From an uncultured candidatus Porisulfidus sp. (GTDB lineage Bacteria > Pseudomonadota > Gammaproteobacteria > Poriferisulfidales > Oxydemutatoraceae), in the NCBI GenBank assembly GCA_965199685.1, contig OZ241323.1, positions 1,221,283 through 1,285,282 on the forward strand: 64,000 nucleotides of DNA, in the 5' to 3' direction. The translations under genes and the position numbers were made by a program. The notes beneath the pieces are model-generated. The model was not told the DNA's origin, ran no database searches, and saw nothing but the letters and a program-made list of their open reading frames with translations. Within the stretch, counting starts at the first letter, position 1. Each line of letters begins with the position of its first letter. Positions 12,001 through 17,709 of the stretch are shown in pieces.

Positions 12001-14195
12001 ATATCCGCTGTTATTAGTGTGCCTTGGCGATGGCTCGGGGCAGCTAAGGTGCTTATACTGCCACTATCTGTTTTGATAACCGTCATTGTTGTATTGTGAA
12101 CTGCGGTTGTCCCATCGGCACGCACCTCCGCTTGCAATATAACGAGAGTCTCGTCGACATCTTGGACTACAAAATCGTCGGATATGTCTATGCCCAGTTG
12201 AGCTTGCCTCGTGTTTAAGCCTTTCAATAAATTGGGTTGTGTCGGTGAGACTTGCCGCCAGTGATAACGCACTCGCCGCAAGTCCGGCTCAGATGTTGAA
12301 ACATCGAACGTAATACGCTCACCTTCGCTCACTCTATAATCCGAACGGTCGCTAGTAATTGTTGCGTCCAGGCCGGATTGACGTATTACCCAGATGCGGT
12401 AGTGCCTCGCTATCGTAATCAAAGTCGGTTCTGGAGCTACATTCAAAGTGATTGGCACTGTCTCACCATTGCGAACCGACGGTAAGCTGGTCTCTTCGTC
12501 TTTAAGAACACTAATCGTTTGCGTGCTATTTGCTATCGTAGGGCTGAACCTTATTTGTCTTTTGCTATCGTCTATTAGATTCACACGATAGTTAAAGGTT
12601 TGTGGATTAAACGAAGGAGAAAAAGTCAAACCGTCTAAAACGAGCAAACCCGAGAGCATGATGTGTTGACCCGGCAATAGATGTCCTTTACTAGAACCCT
12701 CGCTGTGTCTGAGTATCGGGTGCTGTTCATTGGTTCCGAACTCCCAATCGTCTGTATCCCATCGTTCAAAGGTCTCACCGAGTGAACCAGGAGTGGTCGG
12801 TGATTTTAGCTGTGCAGTAGTTCGCAGACTACCACCGTCGCTTACTAAAATCCCGGCAACGTCGCTATCCCAATAACTATGTATTACACGCACTGTGGCA
12901 GTATGCCTTGTTTGATGTGCATAATTCCAAGCGATCAAACCGCCTACATGCTCACCGCTCGCCACAACTCGCCCGTTTGCAAAACTGTTAGAGACGATAC
13001 CTTTATTGCTACCGACCAAGCCAGCAACTCTATGCACACCGGATACAAAACCACTAGAGTACGTATTGTGTATCTGACCTTCCTCGTTCCAGCCGACCAA
13101 ACCGCCTACATTACTATTGCCTTCTATGCGATTAACCGTAAAACTATTGGTGATTTCACTATCGTTGTTCCAACCGACCAACCCCCCGACATAAAGATTG
13201 CCCGAAACCGCGCCGCTCGCCCGACTATCGGCGATTCTGCCGCGTTGATGATTCGCACCGACCAAACCACCGCTATACGAACCCTTGCTTATCACCTTAG
13301 CCTCGGCATGGCTTGCACTAATCCGAGCACGGTTGAGACCCACCAAACCACCGATATAATCACGCCCTTTTGCAGTCCCGTCGGTACGACTGTCTGTCAG
13401 CACACCATCAAAATTAAGACCAACCAAGCCGCCGACTTGGCTCACACCCGATAAACTCGTATCGGTAACGCTATACCTGATATTTCCTTCGTTATAACCT
13501 ATTAGACCGCCGAGACTATGACCGCTACTCTCTACATGCTCAAGTATCACATCGCCGTTGAGTATCGTTCCCTCGTTGCTACCGAACAACCCACCTACAT
13601 TGTTACCCGCACCGATCAAGCGACCACTCTCAACACCAATATACGAGATACCTCCGGCGTTGTGACCGGCTAAACTACCAATGTATGAATTCCCTTTGAT
13701 GTTTATTTGCGACAATACCAAATTACTGATTTTGGCTTGTCTCGCCGTCGCCTTGAACAGACCGACATAATCCGACGGTCTATTAATATAAAGATTGGCT
13801 ATCGTATGACCGTTGCCTTCAAACCTAGCGTTAAAGGCATTCAGCCGATTGCCTATAGGCGACCAACCTAAACCGCTAGTCCATGCTTCTTTGTTGGTGA
13901 TATTGCGATAGCTGTCTTCGGAATTGAAATCTAGATTCTTACGTAGCTCGTAGCCGTTGCAACCGCTTTGAGGACACCCTGCAGTGATTTTGATCGCATC
14001 AAAACTTTCTCTATAACCACTGCCGTCAAGCTGATAACGAACCGCATTGAATGCGTCCAAATCGCATAGCTCTATCAAGCCGTCGTCGTCTTGATCTATA
14101 TCGGTAGCATAATCGCATTGCAAACCCTCTTGCGCCGATACTGATCGCAATAATATCGTGGTTAGTATTAATACTAACCCTATGAAGCCCTTCAT
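1..14195 (-). CDS. Giant secreted GLUG-motif repeat protein, paralog A (N-terminal 4,731 codons; stop codon lies left of the window)
   Basis: ATG at 14195-14193 with GGGGGA 8 nt upstream. The frame stays open down to base 3, so there is no in-window stop; this explains its absence from the ORF track, which also shows no competing long minus-strand ORF here. N-terminus MKGFIGLVLILTTILLRSVSA|QEG looks like a Sec signal peptide. Collinear with paralog B at an offset of 40.46-40.50 kb. Nine module starts (DxDxDG-LIEI / LEDLxAIRYQLDGSGY) are encoded near 14.08, 11.72, 10.28, 8.80, 7.37, 5.97, 4.47, 3.05 and 1.04 kb. Each is followed by GNG(H/Y)TIxNL and runs of VGGLVGxNxGxIxNSYAxGxV. Confidence 0.85.
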   Translation of the reverse strand, partial: MKGFIGLVLILTTILLRSVSAQEGLQCDYATDIDQDDDGLIELCDLDAFNAVRYQLDGSGYRESFDAIKITAGCPQSGCNGYELRKNLDFNSEDSYRNITNKEAWTSGLGWSPIGNRLNAFNARFEGNGHTIANLYINRPSDYVGLFKATARQAKISNLVLSQINIKGNSYIGSLAGHNAGGISYIGVESGRLIGAGNNVGGLFGSNEGTILNGDVILEHVESSGHSLGGLIGYNEGNIRYSVTDTSLSGVSQVGGLVGLNFDGVLTDSRTDGTAKGRDYIGGLVGLNRARISASHAEAKVISKGSYSGGLVGANHQRGRIADSRASGAVSGNLYVGGLVGWNNDSEITNSFTVNRIEGNSNVGGLVGWNEEGQIHNTYSSGFVSGVHRVAGLVGSNKGIVSNSFANGRVVASGEHVGGLIAWNYAHQTRHTATVRVIHSYWDSDVAGILVSDGGSLRTTAQLKSPTTPGSLGETFERWDTDDWEFGTNEQHPILRHSEGSSKGHLLPGQHIMLSGLLVLDGLTFSPSFNPQTFNYRVNLIDDSKRQIRFSPTIANSTQTISVLKDEETSLPSVRNGETVPITLNVAPEPTLITIARHYRIWVIRQSGLDATITSDRSDYRVSEGERITFDVSTSEPDLRRVRYHWRQVSPTQPNLLKGLNTRQAQLGIDISDDFVVQDVDETLVILQAEVRADGTTAVHNTTMTVIKTDSGSISTLAAPSHRQGTLITADISEADLSMEPDGGVDLRSLRYQWQYKPLPDSAVWQDIEDATEMRYKISAVFSAIDNISYRVLLDYRDNQGHDHRVVSEPLLLMTVEEDDGFSDIYYLEDLDAIRNRLNGKYELVRDLDFNADTSYRNPLNKTKWTVADYEDSTDTGWLPIGKAVDIGCNDSRSSCFNGTFEGNGHTILNLQINRDAADYQGLFGGLASTATVRHIGLAYVKIEGNQYIGGLAGSNEGAIVASYVVGELHSLEDEGSQGSVGGLAGNNLGIIINSHAHGSFSGVRYYVGGLVGRNDLNARIINSFASGDLTGNSNVGGLVGSNRGPISNSYATGSVVGEIESGGLVGTNALPKVMIANSYAIGRVQGSGGGLVARDGGGISASYWNTETSGLQGRHGSGQTTQQMQLPTSAIGIYEEWDDANWDFGNGEQYPILKYTPGPNGDGCGLPRLPQCGELISPRLRYGLRNLEMVGGGALSTEFALSPEFNIEEQNHSGIYIGSLRSTDNTIRFIPTTIEPTARINFYIGDDEIAHDRIRSGETSKAIPLQENSIQRIHIEVQGTQTVRYTLHIDYQNITVKEFALINYLEDLRAIHQQPSGFYKLARDLDFADRESYLDPLNRIFWTVDDYDDDSDIGWVPIGNETKPFTGSFDGNGYTISGLQINKDDADNQSLFGVTSSDALIRNIGLLNVRIEGGAKVAGLVGTNRGQVGYSYVSGSVQSKFGGTAGGLVASNAGGDIIGSYAISEVSGASLLGGLVGDNDGRIINSHADGLIMPVSGISRFGGLVGRNQSLIANSYATGKILASGGSTIGGLVGSNDSQAQLMNSYASVNIEGFLVGGLVGHNEGSIKNSYAIGELNNRGGTGGSLVGDNPSGTIVASYWNTDTIASGGNHGIEQNTQQLQSGTSQSSDASEVYYKWSDSDWHFGDIDQYPILKHTTATESILECGSLKTLRCGDLISPGFRYGLRGLRPTNDISLHPPIAIEKLNQSGIYFGTVIGNHPSVRLIPVAMESTARISIIGTMRETLDSDDTSAPILLKNDQAKKVVIEVGGTQRVRYTLYLDYSSHRVIDEDGDGLVDINYLEDLDAIRHQLDGSGYRADAQSIKVTSGCPNEGCKGYELLRDLDFNDTSSYRNADVNMNRWTGIGSWQPIVGNFIGTFKGNNKTIANLRVRGGGGLFATIGSDSRTTYIDGVGLPGVDITGNVVAGIATSCMQCTISNSYVIGDIEGNIAAAGLINTITATSGGVARISNSYFIGNLVVKEQSAVGGGLIGNVDADIIIANSYAVGTITAQHDDGFIGSLIGARTSSAIEINYSYASVLATKAGMSQSLFGGNKDPNDIMVPTVRASYLDQDISKTDVTLGVPMTTISLQSPTDATGIYTSWASDNLGNSANWDFGTDKHYPAIKYNLRGDSTDSDAHCGAADIQKRPKACSSLLRHQGSFLQSLKLSEGTGLSSPFVHASFDYDILVNADRSTIRLLPTASNANAMVEVFKDGSLVGVSDSGEWTIPILLNDSGDTVIGLVVKGDKRDSYRYQFTINRLSTVVQSIDRDGDGLIEINDAMDLNVVRNRLDGSAYQENETTDAIYCPNGCIGYELTADIDLAGFDWQPIGDLSESFNGVFKGNGHTISNLTINTDNNYVGLFGVIGTYGRVENVGLVNMNIAGQSNIGSIAGHNSGTIINSHANGKLLANSDNGGGLVGTNNGGMIVNSYTSVDVRVNNTFAGGLVGWNQNGSIVNSYAIGDVYASNGNAGGLVGNHHAKIHNSYATGDVQTSSGSAGGLVAATILGHAVVNSYYRKDAVISRAVSLAGTSTTSVALKAGIPSDDIYTGWKRADWHFGNIKQYPVLLYATDDDENTTCKQPSLEQLSDCNNELLSAGLSEHDRHDRGVVCRSHLPRLPREMPYCGALLPGQRASLAQIELSENAHLIPAFNPEIYNYHLVVAISSGDVTFRATSTAYYDSHMITVNASGLSASMRGRQSSLFALSNGLDSIVITVRSATQGMPTSYTIQLLHDIAVIDGFIPIDYLEDLNLMRYPLEQISATLKDCPIDTKDNVRRCKGYKLSRDLDFKDPTSYRSGVTNPAWTAGAGWQPIGDSSNPFRDLFNGNGHTIANLRINGAAIDNIGLFGVLADNARIENVGLLAVDVDAIVDVRGQSNSGALVGENHGEIVNSYVRGGDVRGNLYSGGLVGSNSGVIVNSHTSVKVTGTSFVGGLVGGNQSSSSIYNSYASGMVSGNYYVGGLVGVSSTNIEDSYATGAVSGDSFVGGLVGWVSGSIINGYAIGNISGSSQGLIGGTWNTFFVVQSYWDVDTSEVMDDEDNTNGVGKATTELQTPVVGDGIYSNWDSSDWYSGSSSQYPTLRYTTATNIISRPACQAADDTLTAMPVCGTLLPVQHPSGLRNLALSTSQILLLNPDFDSKMYNYELIVKSNAREFSIIPYTFNSNAVVIVNDDSKTNPRKELRSGQGTTFTIDNINEFLLTLTVEDPLVSETAEMTHYRVLVSKHPFIAVDDIDEDDDGLIEIRSSDDLNAIRYQLDGSGYKAGRSDTKITVGCPTTPNVGCKGYELAASIDLSDYDWHPIGAIDGTTLDCGDAQSQCFTAIFDGNRALGYEISGLRITSKRDNIGLFAALADSARVRNVNLSDVEIAGSKGIGTLAAYNAGEIDNSYVNGMVAGERVVAGLVAYNTGRISNSYVYGIVSGGPSVGGLVARNENSGVIANSYSLSRVLGNNNIGGLVGLNLGAIANTYASGSIQGATLVGGLVGDNSGSVRNSYATADVVCTGVPVCASYAIATGGLIGNNAGGVAVNSYWDIATSNLRGSAAGIGKTTLQLQSGNNQSLDASKAYYQWSDSDWHFGNAQQYPILKYTSTTESTLTGLQSYGLSSLAISQVVTLSPRFNTSKLHYRIGVELDANIEHLHLIPQALDEDAIIRIASDNGFDKTVKSATSSSPIALRSTTTTLISIEVSGDQRVRYHFEVDYFSSGARNVDTDKDGLIELLTLEDLDAMRNALDGNRFRHQSGDGVLIENAKGCPTTGCKGYELLRDLDFDNPAHYRAGSVNGAWTTGAGWQPIGTLKHPFVATFQGNGYTISNLRINRPDSDGGLFGVIDGRETDVAIEGLGLIDVDIVGGAHVGGLVAHNRAGDIRHSYVSGYVEAKGDGTSAIVGGLVGWNVAGSITESYSETQVKGNLSNRLTMALAGGLVAINDTMVSDNRARIVNSHMRGSVVGRDRVGGLVALNRSSSEIINSYAVSKIIAIGAMSKAGGLVARNDATVSDSHWDIEVSGVALSAGGTSATTIILQSSTPTSPTSPINSGVYRNWDTNVWEFADVNSYPALKAVNNARLLVPEGKSLLRSLTLSGVRPFPSFHPLIFNYELITESARITEVRLHATSTQSDTTIDVACSDGLVCSSSVPLSFILNGGDTPQITITTHNPDAGELSYNFSVRYVESEIRRVTATTTTDVLSSLTVAEGERVRLIASNNFDLNDALNEDLSRYSWRQPVGDVLKFNDVLSPVDTQSAILDFIIPADVVPGQADSLSIPLIIEVAVNDGVYLSKTLPLIISRRNNDTAHRVRLVEDNSKAYTYIIRFEREDGSEFIDQDGGLAATHIQWQRRLNDTEAWVNVGDGSPTLPNEGDYQYRAIITHEDNQGYRQQFESEVIDYLDIDDDGDGLIEIRYLEELDAIRHQPNGSGFKTTASAVKITAGCPLVNDVEKCRGYELVRDLDFNQNESYRTANPSLLKDSWTVNDFLDASDSGWQPINRLNAVFNGNGYTISNMQINRSVGNQNHIGLFSVIGSRGRIENLGLIDAAIKGLIGIKNVGSIAGSTERGSEIINSYVVGDVASGNTDKIIRGDVGFASGRGFIGGLVGWNKGFILNSYAKINVIAEDSGMASNKRVGVGGLVGRNIDGGKVYNSYATGEVKGPCIVGGLVGNQFSTNSGELLKRSEIKNSYATGNVETGFGPCMNANNQVAGGLVSVNSDSTIENSYAIGKVSGIGTLSGLVGRLPNGNAI

Positions 14196-14283
14196 ACTAC
14201 GTTTCCCCCTACATAGCATCTTCTCCCAGCTAAATAAATGACCTATATTTCTATCTGTCTATTTATCGCTACTAAGAAACTCT

Positions 14284-14292
14284 ATTATAGCA
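14284..14292 (-). promoter_or_regulatory. Putative extended -10 promoter (TGCTATAAT) of giant gene A
   Basis: Minus-strand TGCTATAAT lies ~80 nt upstream of the ATG. TGCTATAGT sits at the same distance upstream of paralog B. No convincing -35. Prediction only. Confidence 0.3.
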
Positions 14293-14334
14293 TGCTACCA
14301 AAATGCTTAAAAAATGCTGTCAACGCACCAATCT

Positions 14335-14640
14335 AACCGCTTGCGCCATTCAATTTATGAAAACGGTAGGGGCGGATTTGCATATCCGCCCTACGGTACC
14401 GTTCCGCACAACCGTAACCGCCCTGCGCCACCCAATCACGCACACCACCCTAACGCGTCATCCTTGAAAAATTCCAACCGCCTGCGCCCTCAAATTTACG
14501 AAACTGGTAGGGACGGATTTATATATCTGCCCTACGGTACCGTTCCGCACAACCGTAACCGCCCCGCGCCACCCAATCATGCAAACCATCATTCCCCTCC
14601 TCTGGAGGGGTGTCAGGTCTATGCATTTTGCAATGCATAG
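14335..14640. repeat. Two tandem H-type hairpin repeat units (141-bp period) plus two short palindromes
   Basis: Unit starts (aaccgc) at 14335 and 14476. Hairpin gtaggggcggatttgcatatccgccctac at 14366-14394. Palindromes cccctcc-tct-ggagggg (14594-14610) and ctatgcatt-ttgc-aatgcatag (14619-14640). The same family occurs in the opposite orientation at 32.5 and 36.2 kb. Confidence 0.85.
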
Positions 14641-14775
14641 GTTTAGCAATCATGTTAGGGTTCTGCACAACGTCACGCCGATTGACCCACTGGCTCAATC
14701 GGTAATTTAACATGTCCGTCATAACGCGTTGCGTCTGCACAATCAATACATCGATCTATTTGATTTGTAGTATGG

Positions 14776-16344
14776 TTATGATTTTCCGTACTCAATTTCT
14801 GACTGTTTTATGTCAATACTTTTGTCTTGTTCCTTCGCCTTTGCCTTGAGCCATTGTTCCCATTCTTGATAACGCTCTGCCCTCGGCCCGAGTATCACTT
14901 CGTTAAATTGGAAATTTTCTGGAGCTTCTATATAAAAACACGACATATCATTATCCATATCAACTTTAATTTTAGATACTGAAAATTCATTTTTTTTACC
15001 GTAACGCAATTGAATAGCACGTAACTCCTTTTCTTCACTATAACGTTTTTCTTTAAATAAAAAGCGAATACCATCTAGTAGTTCGCAGACAAGTCGTCGC
15101 AATGCATCCTCTGTTTTGTTTTCTTTTTTGAGTTGATTCTTTACATCATCATTTAACTTATTTTTGTATACAAATTTCTTTAAGGCATTCTTTATTCTCT
15201 CTGCCCATACATATTCTATAAATTTCTCTATATTTTCGAGTTGACCTGATAATTGTTTTAATTTTTCTTTTAGCTTATCATCTAACTCTCCTTGGTAACA
15301 TATTTTATATAATGCCAATTTCTTTTGTGAGACATTCGGGTGTTCTCCCATAAAGCCAAGCTGGAATTGAGTATACTCCGAAAAGCATTGCTTATTATTA
15401 AAAATTAAACAGGCACCAGCCGCTTCTTCGGCATCATGTTTCCCATAAGTCTGCCAAAAAAACCGCTTGTCTTTTTGTTTGTTTTCCTTTTCAATGCCAA
15501 CAAAGCTACCGATGTAAGCAGGTGAACGGTAAGACTTATCTTTATTTTCGTAAAAACACTCTTTTATATTTTTACCTATCGGATATTCTTCATCGATTAT
15601 TTTGAAAAATATTTGCCCTTCTTTTAGGTCATTCATGTGGTCTGTATTGTAAAGCCGAAAGTCACCCTCTGTATTAAAAAGGCTCGCAAGTACATGAAGA
15701 GAGGTATAATGAGCAATTTCAAGGTCTTTTTCACAAAAGAGTTCATATCGTATTACACCAACTGCAATCCACAACATGTTATAGACTTTAAAAGCCTTAA
15801 TTTTTTGATCTTTTCTCAGATCATCCATCACTAAAATCTGTGATACGATATAAACAACTGGTTCGTGGAGTTTATAAGATGAGCCATGTTTTATTGTTTC
15901 CTCAAAGTTATCAAACGCAGGCCAGTATTGTTCCTGCTTAAGATAGATCCAACCAAGGAAGTAATACGCATCTGCGTATTTAGAATTTATTTCTATTGTT
16001 TTGCTAAAGTTTTTTATCCCAAGATCATAGTTATCTTTGCTTTTGTTAAAATCTTTTATTGCAAAATTATCGCTACCTTTTCTATAGTAGATAAGGCCAC
16101 GATGAAAGTGTGCATCTGCATGTTTGGGATTTAATTCTATTGCCTTATCAAAATTCTTAAGCGCAAGGTTAAGTTCTCCTTTTTTTGTGTAGGCAAAACC
16201 TAAGGTATAGTATGCTTTAGCTTTATCATGAGGTTCTTTTTCAAGATTGATAAGTTTAGTGGCTACTGGAATTAATTCATCCCATTTTTCTTCCTTCCAA
16301 AGTTGATTGATTTCTTTCCTAAGGTTTTCTATTTTTTCATTCAT
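14776..16344 (-). CDS. TPR-repeat protein with C-terminal DUF2971-like domain
   Basis: 522-aa ORF. The N-terminal ~170 aa are TPR-like (AKAYYTLGFAYTKKGELNLALKNFDKAIELNPKHADAHFHRGLIYYRKG; YADAYYFLGWIYLKQEQYWPAFDNFEE). The C-terminal part shows DUF2971-like blocks (IAHYTSLHVLASLF..RLYNTDHMNDLKEG; AYIGSF...FFWQTYG...GACLIFN). Family names are from motif memory, not a search. Confidence 0.75.
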   Translation of the reverse strand: MNEKIENLRKEINQLWKEEKWDELIPVATKLINLEKEPHDKAKAYYTLGFAYTKKGELNLALKNFDKAIELNPKHADAHFHRGLIYYRKGSDNFAIKDFNKSKDNYDLGIKNFSKTIEINSKYADAYYFLGWIYLKQEQYWPAFDNFEETIKHGSSYKLHEPVVYIVSQILVMDDLRKDQKIKAFKVYNMLWIAVGVIRYELFCEKDLEIAHYTSLHVLASLFNTEGDFRLYNTDHMNDLKEGQIFFKIIDEEYPIGKNIKECFYENKDKSYRSPAYIGSFVGIEKENKQKDKRFFWQTYGKHDAEEAAGACLIFNNKQCFSEYTQFQLGFMGEHPNVSQKKLALYKICYQGELDDKLKEKLKQLSGQLENIEKFIEYVWAERIKNALKKFVYKNKLNDDVKNQLKKENKTEDALRRLVCELLDGIRFLFKEKRYSEEKELRAIQLRYGKKNEFSVSKIKVDMDNDMSCFYIEAPENFQFNEVILGPRAERYQEWEQWLKAKAKEQDKSIDIKQSEIEYGKS

Positions 16345-16396
16345 CTTTATAAACAGTAGAGGACTCCTTTTGAAGGTATTGTACCAAACCTACAGT

Positions 16397-16514
16397 GGGA
16401 ATGAAGCTTGATGACCTTCCCTATTTTTAAGGTCAAAACTTAAATGGGATTTTTATTTATGAGTCACCTTCGTATCCAATTCTGAAGACCTTAAATAAGC
16501 TAAATTTCCAAGAT
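16397..16514 (-). promoter_or_regulatory. Conserved ~120-bp upstream element, copy 1 (read on minus strand, upstream of the TPR-DUF2971 gene)
   Basis: Its reverse complement shares ordered blocks with 29909-30031: atcttggaaatNtagcttaNttaaggt (25/27), aggtgact, catttaagt, a hairpin (gacctt..aaggtc, 16413-16434) and catt(t)ccc. A putative TGgTACAAT extended -10 lies at 16378-16386, between the element and the ATG at 16344. Confidence 0.5.
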
Positions 16515-16568
16515 TGTGATTCAATGTCAGCTGGTTTTTCAGTTAGTTAGAACAGGACTGTAGCGGTC

Positions 16569-16577
16569 TGATATAAT
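16569..16577 (+). promoter_or_regulatory. Putative extended -10 promoter (TGATATAAT) for the 2-TM/ImmA operon
   Basis: TGATATAAT lies 29 nt upstream of the ATG at 16606. No clear -35 or Shine-Dalgarno. Prediction only. Confidence 0.3.
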
Positions 16578-16605
16578 ACCTCTCAAGTAACCCTGTCTAG
16601 TCAAA

Positions 16606-17007
16606 ATGAAATTGCTTATTCAAATTATTTTAATACTTGTTAGTGCTCCAGTATTAGTGGTTCTAGTATGGTTTTATTCTTTCTCTTGGGAAAATAGTTA
16701 TGGTGAAAAAACGATTTTAATTGACTCTATATCTGCTCAGTTGACCATATTTGAGATGTTACTTGCATTGGCAGGCATTGTAATAGCAATAATGGCGTTT
16801 TTTGGATATCAAAAAATTAAAAAGGATATAACGAATGAAGTCAATAAATCTATTGACGATATTATTTATGAAAAAATAAACTCAGTATTAGACGAAAGAG
16901 GCTATCACCCAACCAAACATGCAACTGATACCGCCTCAAGCATAAAGGCTACTCAACTAAAAACAACTTCAAAAAATAAATTTCAAGACAATGTCGGAAA
17001 TAGCTAA
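16606..17007 (+). CDS. Small membrane protein (two predicted TM helices), unknown function
   Basis: 133 aa. Hydrophobic stretches LLIQIILILVSAPVLVVLVWFYSF and LTIFEMLLALAGIVIAIMAFFGY, then a polar Lys/Ser/Thr-rich tail. The 3' end overlaps the next gene by 17 nt, suggesting translational coupling. Confidence 0.6.
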   Translation: MKLLIQIILILVSAPVLVVLVWFYSFSWENSYGEKTILIDSISAQLTIFEMLLALAGIVIAIMAFFGYQKIKKDITNEVNKSIDDIIYEKINSVLDERGYHPTKHATDTASSIKATQLKTTSKNKFQDNVGNS

Positions 17008-17473
17008 AAACAGAAAATTAGTACTGAATATTGTAAAAGGACAAACTAATCCTCCGGTTTTACTGATGCCTATCGCCAATAAACTTGGAATAGAAGTCTA
17101 CAACGTACGAGGATGGAGCGATAGATTATCAGGAATGATAAGAGAAGATACAGAGGATGGCGGCAAGAGTGGTTATGCTATCTATGTAAATGCTAAACAT
17201 CCCGAAACAAGACGACGGTTCACAATCGCCCATGAAATAGCTCATTACGTACTACACAAAAATCTGATACGCGACGGAATAGTAGACGATACTCTGTATC
17301 GTAGTGGGTTGAGCAACCTCATTGAAATGGAAGCCAACAGGTTCGCCGCAGAGATTCTAATGCCTACACATTTGATTAGGGCAGCGATTAGAAAGGAATT
17401 CTCCATATCAAAATTAGCCAAAAAATTTAAGGTCTCAAACGAAGCAATGGCTATTCGGCTGCAAGCACCTTAA
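16991..17473 (+). CDS. ImmA/IrrE-family (M78) zinc metallopeptidase
   Basis: 160 aa with FTIAHEIAHYVLH (HExxH) followed by EANRFAAEILMP. This is the characteristic pair of motifs of ImmA/IrrE (COG2856) peptidases. Confidence 0.8.
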   Translation: MSEIAKNRKLVLNIVKGQTNPPVLLMPIANKLGIEVYNVRGWSDRLSGMIREDTEDGGKSGYAIYVNAKHPETRRRFTIAHEIAHYVLHKNLIRDGIVDDTLYRSGLSNLIEMEANRFAAEILMPTHLIRAAIRKEFSISKLAKKFKVSNEAMAIRLQAP

Positions 17474-17537
17474 AATTAGCCTCTCGCCTGAATTGAAAAA
17501 TCAATCTCCTCTTACATAGTTGACAGTCTGTTTCATA

Positions 17538-17569
17538 TAAGTTTTAGCCCTAAAAATAGAGGAAGGTCA
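17538..17569 (+). repeat. Partial third copy of the conserved upstream element (hairpin part)
   Basis: taagttttagccctaaaaatagaggaaggtca closely matches (about 26/32, with one 1-nt offset) the reverse complement of 16412-16443. It lies 140 nt upstream of the ATPase gene. A further GGGAAGGTCA occurs at 21641-21650. Confidence 0.5.
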
Positions 17570-17709
17570 CCTCAACCGTTCTGTTTCATTCATTGAAAAA
17601 AACAAGAATGATATACAAAACTAGTATATAGATTACAATGAGGCCCGATCGCATAGTGCATTGCAGTCCATACATACGAGGACAATAAACGAATAGAGAA
17701 ATCCGAATA

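Noticed and set aside
1077-13454. Plus-strand ORF-track entries inside giant gene A (for example 1077-1367, 3461-3967, 8157-8531, 12879-13454). Similar entries occur inside B and C (for example 41180-41539, 53375-53677, 59522-60082).
   Set aside because: They lie antisense to a continuous 14-17 kb reading frame. They recur at homologous positions of the paralogs simply because the sense sequence is repeated. They translate to low-complexity His/Thr/Ile/Cys-rich strings with no motifs.
14314-14746. ORFs 14314-14640 (+), 14458-14649 (-) and 14519-14746 (-). The similar entries are 30968-31234, 32551-32838, 32600-32794, 36101-36304 and 54851-55075.
   Set aside because: Their entire length is H-type/MITE repeat DNA. 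The same peptide strings (for example IYENGRGGFAYPPYGTVPHNRNRPAPPNH and VEKVPSCTVG.NCLVQNHHNHPVRLRLPPL) appear wherever a repeat copy happens to be open, on either strand.
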